A stretch of 64,000 nt of DNA from an uncultured Gemmatimonadales bacterium. Lineage in GTDB: Bacteria > Gemmatimonadota > Gemmatimonadetes > Gemmatimonadales > GWC2-71-9. The position numbers and the translations under genes are program-made. Location: positions 1 to 64,000 of the forward strand of contig CAWJMT010000004.1 in the NCBI GenBank assembly GCA_963844035.1. Reading direction: 5' to 3'. The number at the start of each line of letters is the position of its first letter. Position 1 is the first letter of the stretch. Below are positions 1 to 10,556 of this stretch, piece by piece. The notes beneath the pieces were generated by a model. The model searched no databases and had not been told where the DNA came from. It was given only the letters and a program-made list of their open reading frames with translations.

Positions 1-2989
1 GCACCCAGCGGGCGAGCTTCGTCTTGAGCCCGCTCGGCGGGGGCAACCCACGATCGAGCGCCGCCTCGCCATCCAGCCATGTCGCGAGGCCGGTGAGCAA
101 CAGGTAATCGGGCACTGCGTCGAAGCTCGTCAGTCCCGACACCAGCACGGCGGCCTCCCCATCCATCGCCGTACTGCGGTAGTTCTGATTGGGTGATCCA
201 ACCTGCAGATAGAGCACGAGGCGCCGCCGCGCCGACGAGGAGAGGGTCTGGATCACGGGTTGGATGGCACGCGCGCCGACGCGCGCGAGCCCCCGGGTCA
301 TCGCCTGGTCGTCCGCCCGGGGACCCGCGTCGATCTGCCGTGCGCGCTGCATGAGATACTCGCGGAGGCATGCGACCATCGGCGCGCCGCTCACGAGCTC
401 GTCCCAGGCCTCGCGCGACAGATACACGAACCCCTTCATATGCAGCTTCGGCCGCGCCGCCAGATTGCTTACTCGACCCGTCGAATCCCTGGGGCCCGCG
501 CCAAGGAGCGCTTCGGCGCTGTCGAGGACGCGGGAGACCGCCGGATCAAACGCATAGAGGTCGCGCAGGAATTCATTGGCCTCGAGGCTGCGCTTGAGCG
601 CGGTCACGCGCCCGGGAAGGTCGTCCACGCGCGTGGCGGGCTCGTACAGACCGGCCCGGAGCTCGCCGCCGGACTCCTTCAGCGCCGCGGCAAGATCGTG
701 CTGGAACGCGATGAAGCGCGACAGCAGCTCGTGAATCAGGGCCACGACCGGCCACCCGAGATCGGGCGCCGACATCTTGGACGGCGCGACCACCAGCACA
801 TGCACCCCACGGAGCGCGGCACCCGCGAGCAGCGAACCGAATAGCTCATTGAGCCACATCGAGTCCGGCACCTTCACCACTCCGCCGGGCGCCATGAGAT
901 TGAACAGGGTCGCCTCGGCGACGGCGGCCTCCTTCGGCGCGAAGCCCGTGTGGTTGTGTAGCTCGAGCAGCCCCGCCGCGACCTCGCCCCGTCGTTCCAA
1001 ACTGTCGATCTCCGCCTGGACCCGGGCAGCGTAGTCCGGTGCGCGAGCCTGTGGCCGGAGCACGAGCGGCAGCTCGGCCGCGGGAATCCCCTGGATCTGG
1101 AGCAGCCGCCGCGCCTTGTCGCGCAACTCGAGCGCCGCCGGACCCTGCACCATGATCGCGCGATCCTCCCACGCCGGGCCGGAGTACTGCTTGCCCACCC
1201 CCATGCCCGTGTACATCGCCATCCCGCGGTAGGGATCCGCTTCACTCACGTCGTACAACACCAGCTTGCGATGATCGCGCATCACGTCATCCGGGATGCC
1301 GACCAGGGGGAAGATGTCCCCGCTCCGGAAGGACGGGTCCGCCGCGTTCGTGATGCTCACGTGCACTTTCACGAGCGCGCGGAGCCACGCTTCGCCGTAC
1401 TGCGCGCGCTCCACCTGGAGCAGCCGAGACGCCTGGACGGCGGCACGCAGCTGCTGCTGCGCAGTCACGATCGCGCGCTCCAGGGAATCCGCGCGCGCCG
1501 GTGCCGTGAGCGGCCCATCGAGCGGATGCTCGAGCAGCCCCAGGAGCGCTCGGCTGTGACTCTGCTCGAAGTAGAACTGGTCGAGGAGAATCATGTACAC
1601 GGGCAAGCGACCGGTCGAGTCGTACTGCTCCACGCGTTGTCGCAGGGCCGCGAGATACGCCTGGATGACCACCGCGACGGTAGCGCGGTCGGGACCGCCC
1701 TGCTCGTCCCTGCCATGAAAATCATGCACCCACAGGATGTGATAGTCCTGGGCGCGCGCGATCGATCGGATCAGCTCCGGCTGGAACCGCTCGTTCGGGA
1801 TGTACCAGGCGCGATTCCCCTGTGTGAGCGACTCTGCCACCGCGCGGCCGATGAGGCCGTCCACCTCGTCCTGCTCGTCATACTGCTCCGGGAGGAGCGC
1901 AAGCTGCAGCGGCAGCCACACGAGGCGGGAGTCTCCGAAGGTCTCCCGGTTGGTGGCACGGATCTCCTCAACCAGATCGAGCAGCGCCTGGAAGACGTAC
2001 GCGGTGGCTTCGACGCGATCCGGCGGCACGCCGGATTCGGCAAACAGCCAGCGCGCGAAGCTGCCACGCGCGTCGCGCCCAAAGCCACGCGTCGTATCCT
2101 TCTTCTTTGTCTGTCCGAGCAGGCGATTGTACGGCAATAGCACGGACTCGAGCAGCACCGCCTTGGCATGCGCGGCCACGCGCGCAGCCAGGGTATCTCC
2201 GGACAGGGCGAGGGCGAATGCGCGCGTCAGCGCGCGGTGATAGGTGCGGATCTCCACTTCGGCGGTGTGACCCGCCAGGCGGGCCTTGAGCGCCGCGCGA
2301 GGACCCGCGGTGTCGCTCGGGGATCCGCGGAGCGATGGGAGCATGATGCGGTTCACCCACTCCCCCGTCTCGCGCACGTCCGCGAGCGCCTGGACCAGCG
2401 CCGAATCAGCCGGGCGGAACGTGAATGCCGGGGGCGACGGGTCGCGCAGCTCGACATGATCCCGGAGCGGGCGGTTCCGCCCGCGGCGCCGCTGCGCCAC
2501 GGGCAGCGTGAGCGCGAGATTGACCGTGCCGCCGCGCGTCGGCAGCCATTCGAGCCGGAGGTCGCTCCCCCGACCGAGCACGCCGCCCCGTCGCAGCGGT
2601 GCGACGAGCGTCAGCAGCAGGTCAGGGGTGCCGTGGCGCAGGTCATAGTCCACTCCCGCTCCGAGACACAGCAGATGGCTCAACGCGAACGCGCGCACGC
2701 CGTAGTCAAATTGCACGTCGCGCAGTCCCCCATAGCCTTCAAGCGCCACGCCCAGCAGTTCGCTGACGGGGTTCCCGATGTCGCGAAATACGCCGAAGCG
2801 AGCCTGCGTGATCAGGTGACTGCCGTCCTCGCGCGACACTCCGTTCGCGAAGCCGAGATACGGCTTGTAGACGAGCGGGAGCCCGAGAGAACGAACGTTC
2901 CCCCCGGCGGAGGGCGGCAGCAATTGCTGCGCCCGAGCCACGGGGCCCGTGAGGCTGAAGAGGACAAGAGCGAGCGCGAGCCGGCGCAT
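1..2989 (-). CDS. Large secreted phospholipase D-superfamily (cardiolipin synthase-like) protein, runs off the left window edge
   Basis: Not in the ORF track because there is no stop in the window. Manual translation from ATG 2989 gives signal peptide MRRLALALVLFSLTGPVARAQ, motif HRKLVLYD (1250-1273) followed by TGMGVGKQY..WEDRAIMVQGPAA, and a second motif KLHMKG...GSPNQNYRS. The frame stays open to position 2. Confidence 0.8.
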   Translation of the reverse strand, partial: MRRLALALVLFSLTGPVARAQQLLPPSAGGNVRSLGLPLVYKPYLGFANGVSREDGSHLITQARFGVFRDIGNPVSELLGVALEGYGGLRDVQFDYGVRAFALSHLLCLGAGVDYDLRHGTPDLLLTLVAPLRRGGVLGRGSDLRLEWLPTRGGTVNLALTLPVAQRRRGRNRPLRDHVELRDPSPPAFTFRPADSALVQALADVRETGEWVNRIMLPSLRGSPSDTAGPRAALKARLAGHTAEVEIRTYHRALTRAFALALSGDTLAARVAAHAKAVLLESVLLPYNRLLGQTKKKDTTRGFGRDARGSFARWLFAESGVPPDRVEATAYVFQALLDLVEEIRATNRETFGDSRLVWLPLQLALLPEQYDEQDEVDGLIGRAVAESLTQGNRAWYIPNERFQPELIRSIARAQDYHILWVHDFHGRDEQGGPDRATVAVVIQAYLAALRQRVEQYDSTGRLPVYMILLDQFYFEQSHSRALLGLLEHPLDGPLTAPARADSLERAIVTAQQQLRAAVQASRLLQVERAQYGEAWLRALVKVHVSITNAADPSFRSGDIFPLVGIPDDVMRDHRKLVLYDVSEADPYRGMAMYTGMGVGKQYSGPAWEDRAIMVQGPAALELRDKARRLLQIQGIPAAELPLVLRPQARAPDYAARVQAEIDSLERRGEVAAGLLELHNHTGFAPKEAAVAEATLFNLMAPGGVVKVPDSMWLNELFGSLLAGAALRGVHVLVVAPSKMSAPDLGWPVVALIHELLSRFIAFQHDLAAALKESGGELRAGLYEPATRVDDLPGRVTALKRSLEANEFLRDLYAFDPAVSRVLDSAEALLGAGPRDSTGRVSNLAARPKLHMKGFVYLSREAWDELVSGAPMVACLREYLMQRARQIDAGPRADDQAMTRGLARVGARAIQPVIQTLSSSARRRLVLYLQVGSPNQNYRSTAMDGEAAVLVSGLTSFDAVPDYLLLTGLATWLDGEAALDRGLPPPSGLKTKLARWV

Positions 2990-3117
2990 AGCGATACGCG
3001 GGCGCCCGTCGCGACGCGGTTCGTTATCACCCTCCGAGTCGATTATGACAAGCGGTACCGCAGAGCGCCTGCGGAATGAATCGCTCGAAGGGATGAAGGG
3101 CGGCCTTTGTGGCTAGC

Positions 3118-3738
3118 CTAGTGCTGCTCCATGCGGCACAAGCAGTAGACAAACGCTTGGGTGACTCCTCGGGGGGTCACGTGTTCCTCACGCTCGCTTG
3201 CAACCAAACGGAACGGCGCGCCGAATTCTGCATGCAACGCATCCGGGGAGTACCGATCAACGTCAAGGCCGCTGCAACGTGTTGGCCCATCGTCCGCGAA
3301 CGTCGCGACCAGGACGAACCCGCCCGGTCGAACAGCCCTGCGCACTTGGGCTACATAGCGAGACCGATCAGCGAGCGCGGTGAGAAAGTGGAAGACAGCC
3401 CGGTCATGCCAGACGGAGTACCCGGCCTTCGGAAACGTGACATCCAATATGTCAGCCTCAATCCATTGGACATTGCCCGCCCGCGCGCCGAGCCGGGTGC
3501 GGGCCTCCGCCAGTGCGGTGGCCGAGAGATCGAGGGCCGTGAGATCGCGATAGCCGGCGTCCAGGAGATCATCGATCAACGTCGAGGTCCCTGCGCCCAC
3601 ATCAACAATGGCCCCGTTGGGTGGCGGGCTGACTCGGCGAATCAGGTCCAGAGAGCGCAGTGCATGGGGCTGATACCAGCTCACCTGCGTCGACGGCTGG
3701 TCGCGGTAGATGTGCTCCCAGTGAGACTTGGGGTCCAT
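3118..3738 (-). CDS. Class I SAM-dependent methyltransferase
   Basis: MDPKSHWEHIY, IVDVGAGTSTL SAM-binding motif, WHDRAVFHFL; TGATG coupling to the upstream gene. Confidence 0.9.
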   Translation of the reverse strand: MDPKSHWEHIYRDQPSTQVSWYQPHALRSLDLIRRVSPPPNGAIVDVGAGTSTLIDDLLDAGYRDLTALDLSATALAEARTRLGARAGNVQWIEADILDVTFPKAGYSVWHDRAVFHFLTALADRSRYVAQVRRAVRPGGFVLVATFADDGPTRCSGLDVDRYSPDALHAEFGAPFRLVASEREEHVTPRGVTQAFVYCLCRMEQH

Positions 3739-4385
3739 CAGGCAGCCCCGCCCTCGACGCAGTCGTCGCAGCATGCCCGCCCACGTAGTGCTTCACGCCC
3801 CTCCCAAGCGATCAGTGGCACCATGGCAAGCGCCGCGATGGAATCGGCCCACCACCAGGCGAACAAAGCATTGAGCCCGAGGCCGCCCAACAGGATGGCT
3901 GACAGATACATGCAGATGTCGGTTTGACGCGCTTCGGCGCGAATGGCCCGACTGGCGAGCGCGTCGCCGACGCGGCGCTTCGCCCGTGCGAGCAGCGGCA
4001 TCACAATGAGAGAGACCGCCGCGATCGCGATGCCGAATAGACTCCTATCCGGCGCTGCCCGGCCGATCAGGGACCGAGTCGCATCGATCGCGACGTATGC
4101 CGCGAGGGCCAGAAAGCACAGTCCGATGACTCGGAGCGCCCAGCGTTCCGCGAACGCGCGGCGCCGTGCGTCGGCGTCGACGCGCAGACGCCAGATTGCT
4201 GCCAGGCTGGCCGTGACCTCAATGAAGCTGTCGACGCCGAATCCGACGAGGGCGACACTGCCAGCGAAGAGCCCTGCACCGACGGAGAGGAGACCCTCAA
4301 AACTGTTATAGCCGAGGGTCACCCATGTCAGCCACTGGCCTCGGCGCACGGCGCGGACCCGGGTCATGGATGCAGTGACGGTCAT
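3738..4385 (-). CDS. Cation transporter (CDF/cation-efflux-like membrane protein)
   Basis: Several TM helices, GSVALVGFGVDSFIEV, WWWADSIAAL, Cys-rich tail ACCDDC; start chosen at ATG 4385, preceded by TATCCT. Confidence 0.85.
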   Translation of the reverse strand: MTVTASMTRVRAVRRGQWLTWVTLGYNSFEGLLSVGAGLFAGSVALVGFGVDSFIEVTASLAAIWRLRVDADARRRAFAERWALRVIGLCFLALAAYVAIDATRSLIGRAAPDRSLFGIAIAAVSLIVMPLLARAKRRVGDALASRAIRAEARQTDICMYLSAILLGGLGLNALFAWWWADSIAALAMVPLIAWEGREALRGRACCDDCVEGGAA

Positions 4386-4430
4386 GCGTGAAGGATAGCG
4401 GGAGGGCACATCGGCAAGCCAGAATGGTTG

Positions 4431-4529
4431 CGGCATAGTTCGATGCTGTCGGGCCGAAGAGGGCGAGGCTAAGTTGATGCAGGACACCACGCGACCGTGG
4501 CGGAACTGGTAGACGCGCAGGACTTAGGA
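4431..4529 (+). repeat. attL-like copy: 60 bp of tRNA-upstream sequence plus the 5' 39 nt of tRNA-Leu
   Basis: 4491-4529 is identical to 7902-7940; 4431-4490 matches 7842-7901 with 6 mismatches in 60. Confidence 0.95.
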
Positions 4530-4532
4530 CTC

Positions 4533-4560
4533 AAAGGCCCCCGTGCGGGGCCTTTGTTTT
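4533..4560 (+). terminator. Intrinsic terminator after the truncated tRNA 5' half (may also serve the convergent AKR gene)
   Basis: AAAGGCCCC-CGTGC-GGGGCCTTT followed by GTTTT. Confidence 0.8.
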
Positions 4561-4670
4561 CTAGTCAACTCCTGTCATGTCGTGTCCGCTAAGTCACCCC
4601 GTGCCGTCCGGGACCGGCATAGTTGCGGCATAGGTCCACCCGGCCAGCCTCGTACCTTTGCGACAACTCG

Positions 4671-5839
<1,169 letters not shown>

Positions 5840-5843
<4 letters not shown>

Positions 5844-6697
5844 GCCTCGGTCTCCTCGAAGTGGTCGAACGACAGGGACGACGACAGATCGCGGTACGCG
5901 TCGATCTGGGCCTGAAGATCGGCAACCTTCTGCTCGGCCGATGCGATGGCATCCGCGCCCGCGATGAAGCGCCGTGGCGGCGGCTCTGCGCTTGCGATCG
6001 TGACTAATGCCCGGGCGAGCTTCGCGGGATCACCGCCCTGCCGGCCATTCTGGGACTTCCAGAACTGCTGCTGCGCTGCGGTGCGCTCCGCATAGTCCGC
6101 GAGGGAGGCTTCCGCGTACTGCGTCGACTCCGCCGAGAGGAGCTCCGTGCGGAAGAACCCGGGGTTGACGATTGTGGTCGAAATGCCAAATGGTGCAACC
6201 TCTGCCTGCAACGCCTCCATCCACCCTTCCAGACCAAACTTCGACGCGGAGTACGCTGTGCAGAACTCGAAGCCGGTCAGGCCTGCGCTCGAGGAGATCG
6301 AGATGATGTGCCCCGCGCGCTGCTTCCGCATGACTGGCAGCACCGCGCGAGTGACGTTCATGGGTCCGATCAGGCTGGTGGACAGCTGCCGCTCGATCTG
6401 TTCCGGCGTCAACTCCTCGAAGTAGCCCGCCCAGAAATTGGCGGCGTTGTTGACGAGCACGTCGATGCGGCCAAACCGTTCGACGGCGGCCCGCACCGCC
6501 GCTTCGGCGTCGGCGAGGCTCGTGACATCGACCTTCGCCACCAGGAGGTTGTCCGACGCGCCTACTGCGCGGGTCACGGCGTCAGGGCGCCGGCCGGTGG
6601 CCACAACCGTGTGACCGGCGGCCAGCGCGGCCTTGGCGAAATCGACGCCCATCCCGCGCGCGGCTCCCGTGATGAACCACACTTTCTTCTCAGTCAT
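5840..6697 (-). CDS. Short-chain dehydrogenase/reductase
   Basis: ITGAARGMG, NNAA, YSASK catalytic motif; an alternative upstream ATG at 6799 has a GGAGG SD. Confidence 0.92.
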
Positions 6698-6854
6698 CGC
6701 GTCCCCATGTACGTGGCGTTCCTGGTGATGCAGTCTTTCGCATGGGCAGAAGGTACCCGTCGCCTCCCGCGCTGTACCTGCCTGATCGTGGCGGGTCATT
6801 GCCTATTCCTCCACTCCTCTAGTATGAGCGTCAAGCGGTCCTTATCGTGTAGTC

Positions 6855-7838
6855 ATGCGGCATCGAATACCGGACTCGGCGGTAGCAGCGGCCCAGGAAG
6901 GGACGCGCGTGAAGGCGCTGTGCGGCGAGCTTGCGGGTCTGCTCGAGCGGCGGACAGGAACCGACGGCACGCACGAGACAGCGATCTCGGAGCTGAGGCT
7001 GTACCGGTTCTCCAATCCGACAGAACCGGTGCACCTTCTCCAGCAACCTGCGGTGTACGTCGTCGTGCAGGGCCGCAAGCAGGTGACGGTCGGCGACGAG
7101 ACGTACTTCTACGACCCTTCGCAGTACCTCGCGGTCTCCCTGGAGCTTCCCACGGTGACGCATGTCGTGGAGGCGAGCCCGGAGGAGCCGTATCTCTGCA
7201 TGACGCTGAACGTGGATCCGCGCGAGCTCGCGGCATTGATCGTCGAGACCGGACGGCCGGCCCCCCGCGACGATCACACCGGGCGCGCGCTGTACGTGAG
7301 CCCACTGCAGGCGCCGCTGCTCGACGGTTTTCTCCGGTTGGTGCGTCTGCTCGATGCACCACAGGACATCCCGGTGCTTGCGCCGCTCGTCCTACGGGAG
7401 CTGCACTACCGGCTGCTGCAGGGGGAGCAGCATGGGCGCCTGGCGGAGATCGCGATCGGCGACGGCCGGCTGCGGCGGGTGGCGGGGGCCATCACCTACA
7501 TCAAGTCGCACTTCGCGGAGCCGCTGCAAATCGAGGAGCTCGCGAAGCGCGTGAACATGAGCCCTTCCGCGCTGCACAACCACTTCAAGGCGGTCGCGGC
7601 AATGAGCCCGATTCAATATCAGAAGCGGTTGCGGCTCCAGGAGGCTCGTCGCCTCCTGCTGTCTGGAGCGACGAGCGCGGAAGCAGTCGCCTACGACGTG
7701 GGGTACGCGAGCGCGTCGCAGTTCAGCCGCGAATACCTCCGGCTCTTCGGTCAGCCTCCGCGTCGAGACGCTGAGCGTATGCGTGACGCCGTGTCGCGTG
7801 AAGTCCGATCAGTTGATCCCCGCAGCAATCCTGCATAG
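6855..7838 (+). CDS. AraC-family transcriptional regulator (AraC_N plus HTH)
   Basis: QGRKQV..YDPSQYL N-domain; MSPIQYQKRLRLQEARRLL, VGYASASQFSREY; divergent from the SDR/AKR genes. Confidence 0.93.
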   Translation: MRHRIPDSAVAAAQEGTRVKALCGELAGLLERRTGTDGTHETAISELRLYRFSNPTEPVHLLQQPAVYVVVQGRKQVTVGDETYFYDPSQYLAVSLELPTVTHVVEASPEEPYLCMTLNVDPRELAALIVETGRPAPRDDHTGRALYVSPLQAPLLDGFLRLVRLLDAPQDIPVLAPLVLRELHYRLLQGEQHGRLAEIAIGDGRLRRVAGAITYIKSHFAEPLQIEELAKRVNMSPSALHNHFKAVAAMSPIQYQKRLRLQEARRLLLSGATSAEAVAYDVGYASASQFSREYLRLFGQPPRRDAERMRDAVSREVRSVDPRSNPA

Positions 7839-7901
7839 TTACGGCATAGTTCGGTGCTGTTGGGCCGAAGCGAGCGACGCTAAGTTGATGCGGGACACCA
7901 C

Positions 7902-7983
7902 GCGACCGTGGCGGAACTGGTAGACGCGCAGGACTTAGGATCCTGTGGGGCAACCTGTGGGGGTTCGAGTCCCTCCGGTCGCA
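7902..7983 (+). tRNA. tRNA-Leu (anticodon TAG), CCA not encoded
   Basis: Acceptor GCGACCG/CGGTCGC, D-loop TGGTAGAC, anticodon stem CAGGA-CTTAGGA-TCCTG, long variable arm, GGGGTTCGAGTCCC T-arm. Confidence 0.97.
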
Positions 7984-8875
7984 TCAGGGCACGAAAAACT
8001 CTCCCATCGTCGGCCGCCGCACCCGCGGCACCCGGAAAGGCGGTCAGGCCCAGCGCCTGCGCCGTCAACTTGCAGCGTGCTCTCGTGCTGGTACAGCGTG
8101 GCCGACTGATAGCCGCGCTTGGCTTTCGGGCTCACCACCACCCACACGACCCGGCCCCCGCCGTACATCGCGTCCGCGGTGCTCGCCTCGTCGAACACGA
8201 TGATCAGCATCCCGTCCTGCTGGAACCGCGCGCTCTCGATCAACGGCTTGATGTGGGTACGGAGCCACGTGTCGGCCGAGTCGAGGGCGCAGTCGTGCGC
8301 GTCGTGGCAGAGGTTCGGGACGAGAAATGAGTAGTTGGGCAGCGTGTCGCCCGCGAGGTCGGCCGCAAACTGCGTAAACGGGACGAGGCGCTGCTTCTGG
8401 GCCGGGTTGTCGGTCACGTCGGAGAGGTACGACAACGGATTGTGACGCCGGACGTACTGTCCCACGTTCCCGCCGGTGTAGCCCACCGAAGGAATGTCCT
8501 CGGCGTAGGACTTCCACGTCTTGCCGGCCGCGAGGAGGCGCCGCACGATGTTGTCGCTCCGAATCGTGTCGGCGTAGGCGTTGTTGTTCGTGACGATCGC
8601 GCCGACCGTCAGCATGAAGTAGTTGCCGATCGACGGATGGGTGTTGGCGTAGTACTGGGTCGCGAGGCCGTAGCGGGCGATCAGCGTGTCGAGGTAGGGC
8701 ATCGCCCCGATGCCACGACGGCGGCGTAGTCCCGGTTCTCTTCGACCAGCACGAACACCCGACCGTGCTGGGGCACGTTGACGGTCATCTGCCCGGGGGC
8801 GTCGGAGCCTCCACACGCGGCAGCGATGACTCCCGCACCCAGGAGGATGCGCGTCGCAGAACCGGGCATGCGCAT
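7984..8875 (-). CDS. Phosphoesterase-family (acid phosphatase-like) lipoprotein, frameshifted
   Basis: IAAAC lipobox, VFVLVEENRDY, THPSIGNYF, YVRRHNP, PNLCHDAHD, IVFDE; frame breaks near 8715, 8070 and 8020. Confidence 0.8.
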
Positions 8876-8934
8876 GCGCCCGACGCTAATGCATTCGCGG
8901 TGACGGCGCCACAGCGCCGTGACCTGCCGGCGAC

Positions 8935-10445
8935 TCAGTCGGGCACGTCCCCCGACGTTTGCGCGATCTCGCGGAGGTTGGTGCCGTCCGACAGGAACGT
9001 GATCGCCCGATGGGCGCCCGGTCCCGGGGGCGTGAAGGCGCCCGCCTTGAATCCCGGACCCGAACGTGACGGCGCCGAGGGTCCCGCCGGTCTTGTTGAA
9101 GACGTCGAGGACCACGAGCTCGCCGGGATACTGGTTGATCGCGGTGATCGTGAACGGCTTCCCATTGGTCACGGCGACCGTGAACACCTCGCCCTGCGAG
9201 CAGTCGAGCGTCATGTTCGCGCTGTAGGGAATGGCGCGAATCCCGCGCGACTGACGCGAGACGATCCCCGCCGGACTTTGCCCGAGAATCGACAGGAATG
9301 GCGTCGGGGCTCGACGTCGCTGTTCGGCGTGCCGGACTGATACCCGCCGACCATCGTGGCAAACCCGGATCCCTGGATCCTTGCACCCTGCTGATGTTCA
9401 GGCTGATCGACGTTTTCGCGCGCGAGCTCGACGAACGGGATCGGCTTCCCGGGCTTGTACGCGCTGACCCCCACGATGTTGGCGAAGCTGTTGGTCGCAT
9501 CGTTTGAGTCCGAGAGAAATACGCCCGCCGATGCCCCGTTCACGCCCACGAGCAGGAAGCCGCCGAACCAGTTGAACATGCCCGATCCCACGCTGATGAG
9601 CGGGACGCCCGGATACGGGTCGACGCTCTCGAAAGTGACACCCGACGCATGTGACGTTGATCCGGTCCATGCGCAGCTGGGCGTTGTCGAACGAACACGC
9701 GTCGCAGTAGATGTCCGTGTTGCCGCTGCTCGAGGGTTGCCCGAAGGTCGCGCAACCGGCGACGGTCCCGCAGTTGATGACCTGGCATTGTCAAAGCGGA
9801 GCTGCTCGATCCACAGCTTCCCGCTTGAGCGACGGCAGGAGAATCGCCTGGGTGTTGAATTGCCAGTAGGGGCGCTCGAAGGTGATGAAGCCGGTGGGAT
9901 TGACCGCGAGCGTGAACAGCGTCCCGAGCGCAAAGCCGCGGAAATGGACATCCTCGAAATGGATCAAGAGACCCGAGACTGCGAGCCCGGTATCGGCGTT
10001 GCCGGCGTTCATGATCCCGGGCCCGTGCAGCGTCCACCCCTTGAAGAGCACCGGATAGGGGTTGCCGCCCGCCTGCTCGGGGATCGCCAGTGAGAGCGCG
10101 GTCCCCTTCGCCCCGTGTAGTGGAAGATGGTGCTGTTCGGCCCGTCCCCGACGAGGTTGACCCGCGCATTCCAGGTGACCGGCGTCCCGCCCCAATTGTA
10201 GGTGCCGGCGGGCGCATAGACCTGCGGGGGTCGCCACGCCGCTCGGCGACGGAGTTCTTGGGCGCGAGCCCGGCGGCGTACTTGAGGGCGCACGCAAACA
10301 CGGGGGCATCGTTGGTGACGGCATCCCCCTTGGCGTTGTCGCACCCCGAGGCCGGGGGCATCGATCGGACGTTGATGACCTGCGCGGGCAGGCCCGGCGC
10401 CAGCAGGAGTGCGAGCCCAAGGACGGCGATCTTCCTCCGGATCAT
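8935..10445 (-). CDS. Secreted beta-helix (pectate lyase 3 / tailspike-like) protein, multiply frameshifted
   Basis: Signal peptide MIRRKIAVLGLALLLAPGLPAQ, AKGDAVTNDAPVF..VYAPAGTY..VNLVGDGPNSTIF; reconstructed from several frames. Confidence 0.6.
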
Positions 10446-10556
10446 GCAGCGAGCTCCACGTGGGGAGACCTCAAAAGCATAGTGGGCCCGCCCCCGCGAC
10501 CGGAACCGGGGTGCCGGCCCTCGCGACCGCCCGGGCAGGGTTAGATTTGATCGCAC

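Noticed and set aside
260..3079. Long plus-strand ORFs here, and similar antisense ORFs such as 9540-11786 and 48512-50116
   Set aside because: They are shadow ORFs of real genes on the opposite strand, as expected at high GC, and carry no motifs.
3090..3117. GGCCTTTGT..CTAG resembling the cassette left-end terminator as a boundary of the upstream element
   Set aside because: The match is short, with no tRNA fragment or GGCATAGTT pair beside it, so it is too weak to call.
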